A DNA stretch of 63,983 bases, filler included, from Basidioascus undulatus (Eukaryota), in assembly GCA_000826855.1 (NCBI GenBank). It is 3 parts of 3 records of this genome, joined end to end, with 100 filler letters (N's around TTAATTAATTAA, not from the genome) between each part and the next. Parts side by side here need not be neighbours in the genome. Positions count along the whole stretch, not along the records: positions 1 to 21,788 come from JTLS01000318.1; positions 21,889 to 43,675 come from JTLS01000319.1; 1 more part is not named here. The stretch is one strand, 5' to 3'. Every line of letters starts with the position of its first letter. The first letter of the stretch is position 1. A program made the position numbers and the translations under genes. The notes below the pieces were generated by a model. The model was not told where the DNA came from and made no database searches. It saw only the letters and a list, made by a program, of their open reading frames with translations. This document shows, piece after piece, positions 12,993 to 25,175 of the stretch.

Positions 12993-15533
12993 ATGATATT
13001 CACTCTTCTCTCATTAGGCCTTGCCGTGCTCGTCTGGTTCGTAGGAATCGAGAACATCAGGGATCGCCTACGCTGCTGGGTAGCCTGGAGGGACTTGCCT
13101 TCTCCCGTATGTCCCTCGTATTTCGAAGAGTCTTCACTGTGTCTGATATTTTCAATTTGCGTAGGCACACATCAGCACCTTTGGGGTCATGAACGGCATC
13201 CATGACGTCCGAGATGGTCGTGACTGAGCGGCAGTGGTTTGCAGAGACAGGCGGTTTGGTCTATCGATGCGACGTCCTTCTCTATCTTCAGTAGTAATTT
13301 AAGCTTGCTCAAATAGCTGGCCTTGCCTGACGGTGCAGCTTCACCGGTGCGCTAGGGTCGGGATGGGCCCTCAGCGTTGCTGGTCAGTGCGGAACAGTTC
13401 GGTTTATTGACACGCATCGCGCTGAAAACCTTTTCATTCAGATAATGCGGGGCTCAAGCACCTTCTTATGCGGCATCCTGAGGTAGTAGACAAAGCTCCC
13501 CTGCAGAAACACATGGCTGCGTTGGTATGTCCCCCGTGTCCTAATGCTTCGGGCTGGCTCGTGCTGACGACGCACCTACTTCCTATGATGCGCAGGTCGT
13601 CAAAAAAAAGGCAAGAAGGCCGTCCGTCAGTTGCAATCGCTTGTCTGCGTGGAGACACTGACAAAGATGAAACAGTCACTATCCATGGCGATGAACAACG
13701 GAAGCTGCGTAAATTCTTAATCCCGTCTTTTCGGCCGCAGCCGTCGAGCGCATGGTTCCTTGCATCTTCGATCTTCGACGACGTACTTCTTATCGTAACC
13801 TTGCTGCTACAATTTAACTAGCAGACTAATATCGAATTCACATGCACAGCTTCGCGGGCAATGGGAGTCTTTGACCGCCGACGGTCCGGCAGACGTCGAC
13901 GTCGCGGCTTTGTCCAATCGCGTTGGGTATGATCCCTGACTTGGCAAGGCCCTCAGCGGCTTCCTCTATACTGACTTAGATCGTGCAGACTCGACATCAT
14001 CTGCTCTGCCGGTCTCGGTTACCCCTCTCGCGTTACGGCAGGATAGCGCAACCCGATCTACGATGCCCTCCAAAGCAAGCACGTCGCTTCGCCTGAGGTC
14101 CAATTCACCGTCAATGGACCAACTTGTCTGGATGCACTGACTAATATGGGCTGATACTGTCCTGTCTATCCTTCCTCCTAGGCATCTCTGCCTTGCGACT
14201 TCTCCCGGGTCTACTTCAGCTGCCGAAGAGTGTGCTCAAGCCGCTTACGATCGTCACCGACACGATCGGCGACCTTGCAACCGAGCTCATCAGCCAGTAC
14301 CGCGAGAAGAAGGCGCGCGGAGATTTGGACGAGGCCAAAGACATCTTGACCGCCCTGAGTGAGCCTTCGTCCCCTCTTCTGCAAGTGCCCTTATTGAATG
14401 AGCCGAGCGCTCCAGTGATGACAGTCAGCTGCCCGACGACGTGTTGATTGACCAGATGCGAAGCGTGGTGTAAAAATAGCAGCTATGCGCTTCTCTTCTC
14501 GCACGAGACTGACGTGGTTTTGGAGGATGCAGCTTCGCTGGTGACGAAACGATTGTTGGAGTGCTGACGCTTGGCTTGTACCAGTAAGCTGCCTGAGATG
14601 CTTCTGCCTGCACGACGATATGCCACTCATGTTCCCTATGAATCCTTGCTGTAGCATGGCCGAGAAGCCCGAGATCCAGTCCAAGCTGCGGTCCGAGGTG
14701 CTCGCTCTGTGCCCCTCTCCCAGCCATGCTGCCCTCTCCGCGTTGCCGTATCTCAACGCATTCGTCCAAGAGACACTCCGCCTCGAGTCAGCTGCTCCGG
14801 TCGTCTATCGCCAGGTGAGTCTATCCCTTCGGAATTCTCTTGATAGTGTATCTCTTCCTCGCATTCATGTACAAGCTCAACCTGAACAACACTGCACAGA
14901 TCATCGAGGACACCGTCCTTCCGTTTCGCCGTCCCGTGCCCGGGCGTTCAGGCAAGCTCATCAGCGAGGTCTTCCTCCCGAAAGGCAGCATCGTCAATCT
15001 CCCGTTCGGCGCTGCAAACACGGTACTGCAGCAGTTCGGCGAAGACGCGACGGTGTTCCGGTGTTCCGGCCGGAGCGCTGGCTGGAGGGCAACCCGGGCC
15101 AGCCGGAGAAGGGCGAGGCGCTGCAGGGCTGGGGAAACCTTGGTAAGGAAGTCTTTAGTGCGGTAATTGTCCCCATGATTTGTTGAACACGGGGACGCGA
15201 TGGTTTTTGACAGTCACGTTCGGCGGGTCCGCACAACTGCATCGGCTACAGGCTCGCTTTCGCCGAACTCCGGGTGAGTTTCATAGATACGTTTGCGTAT
15301 TCGCCGGACATGAACTAACTTCGTCTTCCACAGATCCTCTTCGCAATGCTAGTCTCTCACTGTCGGTCCACCATCGACTATGTTTTTACTGCATCGCCAC
15401 TCACCGAGACTTTCGTGCAGTCACTTTCTCTCTCGCTCACCCGCCTCATAGTGCCTACTCTTCATCGGGCTGTGTGGGCGAGGAGGAAAAGCGCACACAG
15501 CTCCCGTTGATCGTGCGGCGTTACGAGCCGTAA
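12993..15533 (+). pseudogene. Cytochrome P450 pseudogene
   Basis: N-terminal anchor, I-helix FAGDET, LPYLNAFVQETLRL (ExxR), PERW and GPHNCIG heme motif are present. Lesions: frameshifts and stops at about 13165-13230, an 8-nt duplication at 15053-15068 and a 2-nt loss at about 15225. Confidence 0.85.
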
Positions 15534-16497
15534 ACGGCAGCGTATTGCAAATCTTATACCCTTTGTTTTCGAATCACGGGTTTTAGAAGTTAGGCTCGCG
15601 CTCGTGTGTAGGCTTTAAATGATTACCAATTTTCACCACCTCTCCTACATATGGGATGGCAGAGGACCCAGGTTGAAAGCTGCCCACGACAGTACAGACC
15701 CAGCGACACTCGCTATAAACGCTCAACTGTTATGGTCTTAGATTGCACATGAAATTGCCCTGCGCCTCATCTCAGAAATTTGCTATTCAATGAGTATGAC
15801 CAGTTAAGGAACATTCGCTGCTGGAGGGAACACCCTCAGATTCAAAACTCCACGCTGCCAGGCAAGCAAGCATATGGTCGACATGCGTTTGCGGGTCACA
15901 CAAGCCGAGACAAGTAAGTAAACCCATCTGTGGTGCTATAACTTCGCCGCGAGCCACCTTGTCCACCAACTCCGCCTTTCCAATCATAACCCAACATGGA
16001 CCGACAGCCGGCTAAGAACGACTCGCGGAAGACGAGGTTCACGCAGAAGTTTGCAACTATGGGCCTGCCGGACCCCAAAGCAAATGTGGCGTTAGTTGTA
16101 CCGCTCTTTTCGGCATCAGCCAGATCGGGGGAAAAGACAAACTCACGCGACTTGAACCAGTACCCCGACGCCTTCTCCCCATACGCGGCTTCTTCCTCCG
16201 CTTTCGGTCCATCCTGCATCCTACCCTTACTTCGCTTGACCATGGATGAACGAACGCAGCCGCTAAGCATGCGCTGCTCAGTCACCTCTTGGCTATGGGC
16301 AGATCACGGGTCGCTACCGACGGCTGGCAGTGCTCCGCCAAGATCGTTCGAGGGTCGTCATCATCCAACAGCTTCGAGACTCACAATACTACATCGCATC
16401 GCACAGAAACAAAAGAAAGAACCAGAGAGAAAAACCGAACGTCCCAAAAGTCATCCTCCCCCGCATTGCTCTATCTCCCTTTCCCTCTCCTCCCCAC

Positions 16498-18589
16498 TCA
16501 AATGCCCACCGCGCCCTCCCCCTCCCCAACTACCTTCTCCTTCCCCCTCGCAACCACCTCCTCAACAACCTGCTTCGTCCTCTCCGGCTCCGGCCCCTCC
16601 ACCTCAATCACCCGGCGGGGCTTGCTCAGCAACCCCTGGAACTCGCGGGGGAGGACGTCGCGCTCGAAGTTGAATGCGGGCGAGGAGGACAGCGCGGCGG
16701 AGACGGCTTCGGAGAACTTGGCGGGGTGGGCGGTGGAGAGGATGATTTGGGTGGTGGCACTGGGGGGGAGGGAAGTTAGCGGGGGATGGAGAACGTGGAG
16801 AAGGGAAGAGGGGGAGAAGGGGTGGGGGATGGGGCGTACGAGGAAGCGGGCAGACGGGACACGGCGGTCAGGCCGACGGCGGTGTGCGGATCCGAGACGT
16901 ACGGCGCAAAGTTGGGCGCGGGGTGGAGGAAGTACTTGCGGATGGTCTCGGTGGTCTGATGTTACCCATTCATCCATCCATCCATCAAGCCAGGTCCAGT
17001 CCGTCAGCAACGAATAGAGCAGGGGCGGTGGGGGGGAGAGAAAGGAAGCGCACCTCCTCGTCCGACACGCGCTCCGCCTCAAAGTCCCTCCTCGCAACCT
17101 CGAGAGCCTCCTGCGAGACGACTACGCGGCCCGTCTCCTTAAGCTCGCCCATCCAGCCATTCAGGATCTCGCCCGCCTTCTTGACATCGCCCTGCGCGAC
17201 GGTCTCGAACGCGAGGTACCAGAGCAGCCGCTCAAAGTTGGAGGAGACGAGGATGTCCATCGCGGGGCTGAGCGTCGCCTTCACGCCGCCTACCTCCGCC
17301 GCCTGCTTCCCATCGCTCGCGCCCGCCTCCTTCGGCTCCGCAGCTTGCGAGGAAGCAGAGGAGTCGACCTTCTCATACCGCCCCGTGCGCCAGAAGCGCG
17401 CGAGGATGTCGTTCGCGTTCGTCGCGACGACGAGCTTGCCCGTGGGGAGGCCGAGCCGCTTGGCGTAGTACCCTGCGAGGATGTCGCCGAAGTTGCCGGT
17501 GGGGACGACGAACTGAATTTCGGAGGTGGCAGGGAGGCGGCGGCGCAGGGAGAAGTAGGAGTGGAAATAGTATGTGATTTGCGCGAGGATCCGCGCCCAG
17601 TTGATGCTGTTTACGGCGCCCAGGCGGTGCGCTGCGTTGAAGGGCGCGTCGGCGAAGAGGGCTTTGACGACGTCCTGGTGGGCGGGAGGAGAGGGGTGAG
17701 CAGGCGTGGAGGGCGAAGAGGAAAGAGGGTCGCGTGGGGAGGAACCAGAGAAGGAGCACGGGAAATAAGGGAAGTAAAACAAGGGAAGACGGAAAGAGGC
17801 AGAGAGGGAGAAGACCCACCTGGCAGTCGTCGAACGTGCCCTTGACGGCGAGGTTGTGCACGTTCGAGTCGAGCACGGTCGTCATCTGGGCCTCCTGGAT
17901 GGGCGAGACGCGGCCCTTGGGGTGGAGGATGAAGATGGAGATGTCGGCCTTGTTGCGGACGCCGTATATAGCGGCGCTGTGTCCATTCCCACCCAGATCA
18001 ATACAAGACCAGTCGGAACACTGAAATTCGGGAACGAAAGCAGGTGGGCTCATAAACGCACCTGCCAGTGTCCCCGCTCGTCGCGCCAACGATCGTCAAT
18101 TTCTCCCTCTCCTCTCCTTCCTTCTTCCCCGCATTGCGGCGCTTCAAGAAGTACTCGAACAGGTTCCCCAGGAACTGGAGCGCGACGTCCTTGAACGCGA
18201 ACGTGGGGCCATGGAAGAGCTCGAGGATCCAGCGGTGCTCCTCGACCTGGACGACAGGGGTCGTCTCGGGGTGGCGGAAGGTCGCGTACGAGCGGTCGAC
18301 GAGGTCTTTGAGGTCCGCGCGCGGGATGGACGACTCGGGCACGAAGAGCGAGATGAGCTCGAGGGCGAGCTCGGGGAAGGAGAGAGAGGCCCAGCGAGAG
18401 GACCAGTCCGCGGGCAGGGAGGGGATGGAGGAGGGGATGTAGAGCCCGCCGTTGGGCGCGAGGCCGCGGAGGACCGCCTACGGAAAGAGGGGTGAGTGGG
18501 GTAGGGGTGGAAGGCGGAAGGAGGGGATGGGGACGGACCTCCTCGAAGGAGAGGCGCTCGTCGCCGCCGCGGGTGGAGAGATAGTCCAT
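16498..18589 (-). CDS. THR4: Threonine synthase; multi-exon
   Basis: MDYLSTRGG, GLAPNGGLYIP, LELFHGPTFAFKDVALQ (PLP lysine), GATSGDTG, AVNSINWARILAQ, VPTGNFGD, TLSPAMDILVSSNFER and LSTAHPAKF. Confidence 0.96.
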
Positions 18590-18671
18590 GGCGAGGTGTA
18601 GGGAGATCCTGAGAGTGTAGAGGGGGTTGCGAAGGGTGCGGGAGGAGGAGGCGATGAGGGTGCGAAAGGCA

Positions 18672-18677
18672 GAGTCA
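18672..18677 (-). promoter_or_regulatory. Candidate Gcn4/CpcA element (TGACTC) about 85 bp upstream of THR4
   Basis: gagtca on the + strand. The position fits general amino-acid control, but a 6-mer can occur by chance. Confidence 0.25.
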
Positions 18678-19112
18678 CGGCCAAGCGAAGCGAGAAGGCA
18701 CGTTCGACTCGACGCGGGAAATCGAAGACGCCTCTTGACGCCTCGGCCCTGTCGGCCGATTTCGCGATCCTTTCGGTCGGAAGTCAATACTGCAATCCCA
18801 GCGCCAAATAAATTGAAAACGCCTGCGGACATGATTGCTGACCAGCTCCAGTGTAGCCTTATAACTTGAGAGCTTGGTCTAGAAATAGTACTCAAAAGAT
18901 GGGAGGTAATCACTAAACAGTGAACAATCGGAAGTCAGCGATGATCCGCGTCTGTGGAAGCCGCCCCGCTCCTCCCTCAGCTCGACCCCGCACCATCACC
19001 AAACATCTTCGACACCCGTCGCATCTCAACCACGGCTCATACCCACTACTCAACTTCCAGCACAACCACATCCCCTTCTCCAACACCCCTCTTGCTCCCT
19101 AGTCCATCCGCC

Positions 19113-19638
19113 ATGCCCCGACCCCAGCGAAGCGCCTCCCTCTCCTCCTCAATCTCCTTCCCCTCCTCGCTCGACACAAACGACGCAGACCACCTCTCCG
19201 AGCGTCTAGCCCTTCCTCATGTCCGTCTTCCCCCTCTCCCCCGCTTCCCCTTCTCCCCCTTCCACCTCCGCCTTCTTGTCCTGTTCGACCGCTGACGTTC
19301 ACCCCGACAGGTCCCCGACCTCCGCTTCGAACAAGCCTACACCAAGTCTGTTCAGGTCTACCTCACGCACAACGACTGGGCGGGCGTGTTGCTGGTGACG
19401 ATTCGGGATCAGGTGCGCCCCTCTCTCCCTCCTCCTTTCCTCCCCCCTTCCGACTTCCCCGACTTCTCCTGTTTCCCCGAGTTACCCGACTTCCCCCTGC
19501 CAACTGACGGTGCCCTCCCTCCCGCAGGTACTCATGCCCCTCCTCCAAGGCGCGCTCTGGGGCCTGGGGAGCGTCGCACTGGGCGCGGGCGGCCTGTGGA
19601 TGCGGGAGCGGAGGAGGGCGAGGGGCGGGAAGCTCTGA
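19113..19638 (+). CDS. Small fungal membrane protein, DUF1770-like; three exons, missed by the ORF track
   Basis: The spliced product is MPRPQRS...ALPH|VPDLRFEQAYTKSV..VLLVTIRDQ|VLMPLLQGALWGLG...KL*. The PDLRFEQ and TIRDQV..P..QG.LW motifs match this family. Confidence 0.8.
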
Positions 19639-20835
19639 TTTGTTGTGGGGAGGTGGGGAGATGGGTTGATACGACGCGATACGATGCGACATGCCCTGCA
19701 GCGGACGGCTGAGGACGAGCTGGTGCGGTGGGCTGCTGGACGGAGGGGAAACTCGCTCACATGGCTTTCGATCGTCCCTGCTTTCTCGAATTCGAGCATT
19801 GATCGACGTCCGAGCCTTATTTTATCCCTCTGCGCGCGCGAGCGCAGGCCAGGCGACGAGTCGATCATTCTCATATCTCCCCACTCGCTCACCTGATGGT
19901 GCCCCTCCCGCTCCATCTCCCGTTCACCTCTTTTTCACTTGCATATCACTCTCGGTCCCTGCACTCTTACCCCCCACACCTGTCCAGCGGTCCGTCTTAG
20001 AATACATGCAGCATCGATCGACATCCGCAACCGGCCAGGTGGGTTGAACCCAACCCTCTCTCCTTCGCTTCGACACCGACGCTAGCCCACCTCCCTTGCA
20101 CTCTCCCCTCTCTCCCACTCTCCCGTCTGTCGATCGATCCCGTGCACTGCTCACTCTTACAGCCTTCCTTCCCCCCGACATCACCCGCATCGCATCGCAT
20201 CCAGCACCGCGCTTCCTCTGTCCACTAACTCAATCTCCGTGGATCTACCGACGCACCCACATCACCCACTCACCCACCCACGTTCACAGAGCGCCTGTCC
20301 ACGACGCCTGCTCGTCACTTCCCGCACGCACTCCAATCGGCCTCAGGAAGTGAGGGAGAAGTGCTGCCACCGCGAAGGGTGTTGGGGGGCGCGCAAACTG
20401 CGCCGTGCCCGTAATTGGACAAGAGCCGCAAGCGCCATCGCGGGTCTGTGACGCATTCCGCATCACATCAGATGTGTGGTGTGTAGATGTAAGAAGTTTT
20501 TCGGGTTGGTCGCTTTGCCCGGGGCCACAACCGCGCTCGATCCCACCACCTTCAACTTGTCGACCCCTGCGTGCGATGCACCCGGAGCCGCATCCCTCAT
20601 CTCTCTCCTCTCTTTCCTGGTGTTCTCCAGCACACGCTGATTCCTGACTGGCTGCGCGTATAAAGCTTTTCGGGCGTTCCGGCTGGTCGGGACAACCGCT
20701 GCTGATGAGGTGAGCGATCCCGTGCACATGCATTCTCCTATAAACCTACTCCCAAAATCTCAGGGTGCATCCGCGTCTGCGCGCTAACTCGTGTGGATCA
20801 AATAACCTGAACTGATGCACGAGCACCGCTGTACC

Positions 20836-20907
20836 TCTCATGCCTGCAACTTACTAATCTCACGCCTGCAACTTACTAATCTCACGCCTGCAACTTACTA
20901 ATTTCAC
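20836..20907 (+). repeat. Tandem repeat, 22-bp unit GCCTGCAACTTACTAATCTCAC, about 3.3 copies
   Basis: Read directly from the sequence. The third copy has one mismatch. Confidence 0.9.
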
Positions 20908-21597
20908 CGCTCTTCAAGTTGCGCTCAGTGCCGCCATATCACTGATATCTTTATTTTCAAAGCTTCATCTTCCGCGAGTATCTGCTCCGACCAGGGCGGA
21001 CCTCGCCTCGATAGCAAGTTGCGCTGTCCATGGGGATCACGGCTGGAGTACTGTGTTGTTCGAGGTTCCCTACGGCACGCCGGCTCCTTGATGGACTGCC
21101 GGTAGTGATCTCTCACGTCTACCGAAGACTGGGCCCAGTCACTCAAGAAAAAGGGCAGACAATGGCCGTCCGGGACGCTGAGGTCCGTCTTCCTCGTTAG
21201 GATGCTGCCCGGCGCAGCGACTCTGGGTGTCTAATAGGGTGCAGGCTTCAAGGTTCATGTTTCTTTTTTCATGGTGGAACGGCAAGCGAGCTGCACAGTT
21301 GACACGAAAGCGCTGGCTGACCCAAATACATTGAAAGAGCTATGAGCGTTGCAACGTCAGAGCTGCGGTACCATACCGCTCGCTTGACTGCAGCCGAATG
21401 GTGGTGGCGAACTTGAGCGTGACCAGTAATCGCAGATACCTACCAATCAAGCTCAATCGCATCCCAAATTCCAGAGAGAACCCGACTCGCGTCGAGGGCT
21501 TCGCACATGCAGAGTAGGTACACTTGACGAACTCATCAATCTTTCGAATCGTGTACGCAGCGCCAATAATTAAATCTCCGCATTCTACCATTCTACA

Positions 21598-21611
21598 TAG
21601 GGTTAGGGTTA
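21598..21611 (+). repeat. Short interstitial telomere-type motif TAGGGTTAGGGTTA
   Basis: About 2.3 TTAGGG units, roughly 35 nt downstream of the U2 3' end. Confidence 0.6.
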
Positions 21612-21644
21612 CTCTGCCAGCAAAATAAAAACAAAGATATGCGT

Positions 21645-21788
21645 TGACGGCGCGAGGTGTAGTGCAACCCAAGGCCATCGCGCCGGCGCCGTGTGCAAGC
21701 AGGGACGGCGCCGGCCGCGCTCAAAAATAAAGATGACAATGATGAGGTCAAGGACCTCGTTCAAGTTGTCAAACTTGAAAGAACAGAT
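21645..21788 (-). ncRNA. U2: U2 spliceosomal snRNA; the first ~35-40 nt are lost in the assembly gap
   Basis: The minus strand begins AUCUGUUCUU, the conserved U2 sequence following GUAGU. It then shows stem IIa UUCAAGUU-UGAC-AACUUGAA, stem IIb GAGGUC-CUU-GACCUC, the IIc partner UUGUCA, Sm site AUUUUUG, a GC-rich stem III with GCUUGC and stem IV with a UUGCAC loop. Confidence 0.92.
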
Positions 21789-21888
21789 NNNNNNNNNNNN
21801 NNNNNNNNNNNNNNNNNNNNNNNNNNNNNNNNTTAATTAATTAANNNNNNNNNNNNNNNNNNNNNNNNNNNNNNNNNNNNNNNNNNNN
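21789..21888. other. Assembly spacer (N run containing TTAATTAATTAA, stops in all frames)
   Basis: 100-nt N block with a central synthetic linker. Confidence 0.95.
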
Positions 21889-22559
21889 CGTCAAGCGAGA
21901 GCCCATCCCGCTACCATCGCCGCGCCCGCAGCCGCTAGCCAGGCAATTGGCGAAGGTGGGGCTGCTGCGCGGTGCCGGCCTCCCGAACTGGATAAGCGGG
22001 GCTGAGGGAGGCGATGGAGGTCGCTGTCGGCAACTTGCACGGGGAGGGGCGACGCAAGGTATGGTGGTCTTGCGCTGCGCTGGGCGCTAGACCACAAGGC
22101 ATCTTTTGACGAATTCCCACAAAGGTAGATATTCAAGAGAAGAATGGTGATGGGTATGAACCGAGGAGCCGAGTGAACGGCGGTGCGCAAAATCCGTTGG
22201 AATCAGAGCTGCAGGACGGTAGGTACCCATTTCCTCTGACCCCCGCACAAGGTATTTATCTGCAAGTTTGGGCTATTAGTGTCAAGGAAATCATTGCAGG
22301 TAGAGGACGGCCAGGCTGTGGGGTACCGGCGAATTTGTGGATGCTGGGAGGTGGAAGCGCTACATATAAGGCATTGATGTGCAGCAATCAGATCGGCGGC
22401 GATCTTGATTGAAGCTGTATTGACACTTCATGTATGCTGCACAATTAAGGCTATGTAAGCTTATATTTACCAGCTTTACCACTTTCCAGGCTGAGGTCAA
22501 CGGCCTAAGTATCAATGCCTTCCTGCAGCGGCTGCAGTGATTACGTCTTTGGTTCACTC

Positions 22560-23533
22560 GAGGATATAAATGAGAGACACTTGAACCTTCAGAAACCTCG
22601 CAAGCGCCCTACTCGGGAGTCAAGACAGTCGCGCGGACGATGAAGCGAGGGCGGCCGTACTCCGAAGGCTGCTCGCCTTTGCGTTGGCCGAGCGCCTCGC
22701 CTCCTCCTCCCTCCTCCAAAGCAGCGACCTGAGCCTCCTGTCCAAGGCCAAAGCGCAGCCCGAGCTCCGCCCTCGCGCGCCGGAAGTCCGCGTCGCGCGC
22801 TGCGTGCCGGCGTAGTAGCCGACATTGACGCGGGCGTCGCACCCTTGGAGATCGCTGTGCTGGGGCGGGACGACCTTGTTGCCGTTTTGGGAGGTGCAGA
22901 TCGCGGTGCCCTGACGAAGCCGTGACGGTGGTAGTGTCAGTGGCGTGATGTACAAGTCCGCCTGCGGCGAGAGAGTGAGTGAGAGGACGCACCGACGGCC
23001 CACGTATTGTTCGGGCAATCGCCGTCGTCCCAACCGCACTCATGAGAACACTGGATGTAGAGGCTGTACGGCGAGAGGGCCATGTCCATGAACTGGCGTC
23101 CACCCACAGCGGGTCAGCCATTAGCCACAGTCGCCCGCCAAATCGTGCTTCACCTCAACTCCAAATGGCACACCCCAAATGGTCTCACCTGGACGGTACC
23201 TTCTTATCATCAAGAAACTTCGTTATGCTCGTCCTTCGTGGTACGAGCGCGTGCGTCCGCCTGGCACTGCGCCAGAAAATTCGTTGCGGATCCGCGCCCA
23301 CACCTCAGGGGCAGGTTCGCCCAGCCCGCCTTGCCCACCGTCTGTAGCTTCTTGGTCTCGAAGTTCGAGCACGCAGAGAGAAGGACCTGCAATGAACAGG
23401 TTCTCAGTAAGCCAGGATAGATTTCGGACGGGTCGAAAGCGGAACTCACCGCTCGTTCTCCGGCCCTGGCGGCGATGAGGAGGACTTCGCCGCTGTACAG
23501 GAGCATGAGAGACGAGTCTGCTTTGCCACCCAT
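22560..23533 (-). pseudogene. Degenerate Cys-containing gene relic of unknown family
   Basis: An exon with splice signals encodes FMDMALSPYSLYIQCSHECGWDDGDCPNNTWAV. GTAICTSQNG..QGCDARVNVGYYAG follows in a shifted frame. Confidence 0.3.
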
Positions 23534-25175
23534 TGTGATTATGAAGGGCTGCTGAACGTGGAGGGGCGAAGAGGTATCACGAAGGAATTGATATTTCGAT
23601 GGTTTGTTCGGTGTTGGCTGCGCTGTCAGAAAGTCTACGCTTACTGTAAACGACAGATGAGGAACGAGGCTGGAGGGGAAGGGTTCGATCTATAGCAAGT
23701 GGCATGCCGGATTCAAAGAAAGAAGGCGTGGGTGTCAACGGCGGAACAGACCGAGACGCGGGCTACTGGAACCCGTTTGAACTTCAACGTCGCTCTCAAA
23801 AAGCGAATACGTTCTTTCTTCTGCACTGAAATCTAACCGATTATTCAGGTATATTTTCGGCTGATTTGTGGGTGTTCAAGACTTTAATGGCAGATGAAAG
23901 GATGGTGAGCTGTTTGAAGCGATGCAAACAAGCCTTCTCCGTGGGTTGCGGAAAGTGTATAAGTTCAGATCTACGTGTCAGGGTCATTCACTTGAATTTT
24001 TCTTAAAAATACCCTGCACAACAAAACCTCTGCACCACCGTCTCGTTAACGCGCAAGCCTCGCAGGTCTTCTCCATCCTCATAACCATACTTCAGGAAAG
24101 TTGCAACCCGGATGTGAGTCTGACGAAGCCTAGCTGCCTTATATGCTTTACGCTCACGGGGTCCAATCCTTGCAACTTAGGACCTCTTCGAATAAAATTC
24201 CTGGAACATATGAGTGCTGAATAGGTGTCATGCATCAGCGCTCTTGCACCGCTGTCGGCGGAGCACTGGTTTCCTTCATGCTTCGTTGTCTTTATCCTCG
24301 TTGAAGGGTCAGAGGACTGCTCTTGCACTAGGCACTGAAAACTCTGGCCATCTACCAACAATGTTGTACAGCTAGAATCCGCGACCCCAATCCATTTCCC
24401 TCAGCTCCTCTCGCCACCGTGATTACCGTCGCATTGTTCAAATGTTGAGGCCGGCAACCTAACTTATACGTCATTGTTCTCAAATGACATATAAGGTGGT
24501 ACGGTTGTTGAAGGCCCTTGAAGAGAGATAAGTTTTTGGAGCGATCCCCTGGCATTTGGCCAGATGTCCATTTCTACTGCAACGCTGCGATTGACGCCTT
24601 GCGAATTGAGTGTACTGCGAGGTCTCTCCTACGTCTATGGTTGGACTTGAGATAGAAGTTCCTGTGATATTTTCCATCTGGAGGGCGGGTGAGCACTAAA
24701 GCAAACTACCGTCAAAGCAGTATACCGTGCATCTGCTGGCTCAACCCTTGCCTCGTTAAAGTGCTTCGCTGTGTACCGTCCTTTCACCGGTGATCAAGTT
24801 TCCACGAATACTAGGTCTACGCAATGCAGCTGTTATGGCAGTTCGTCTGCCACTTCCTTTCCCATTCCAGTTCAGCCAGTCCGAAACACATTGCCAGTAT
24901 TGTGCGAAAACACTCCATGATGTTCTGTTCCTTCCCTACACAATTTTCCCTGTTCCGTGGCTCACCCCAGTTGCGTCTCGAACTGGCTGGCTTGGAAGGC
25001 ATGCAGGGCCTGATTCAGGCAACGCATCGCCGCGTCCGCGAGGGGGAATCCCCCGCCTCTTCCCGCCCCGCCGCCTTCCCCTCAATCTCCGACCACCACC
25101 ACCCCGCGTTCCTCTCCACCCGCCCCTGCCCTCTACTTACATTCAAGGCTAATATTGTGGTCCGGGAGCTGGAAT

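Noticed and set aside
20836..20907. Tandem 22-mer as a CRISPR-like array
   Set aside because: There are no spacers, the context is eukaryotic, and no cas genes are present.
21340..21678. 112-aa minus-strand ORF
   Set aside because: It begins inside U2 stem IV and has no recognisable motifs, so it is probably spurious.
21679..21780. Hairpin cluster first read as a transposon or Helitron terminus
   Set aside because: Fully explained by U2 stems IIa, IIb and III.
21789..21888. TTAATTAATTAA palindrome inside N runs (also at 43676-43775)
   Set aside because: It is a synthetic contig linker with stops in all frames. Adjacency across these gaps may not be real.
23900..24700. Fragmentary ORFs (similar ones at 6512-6916, 11700-12980, 15790-16285 and 61330-61800)
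   Set aside because: They may be ancient gene relics, but no family motif could be identified by eye.
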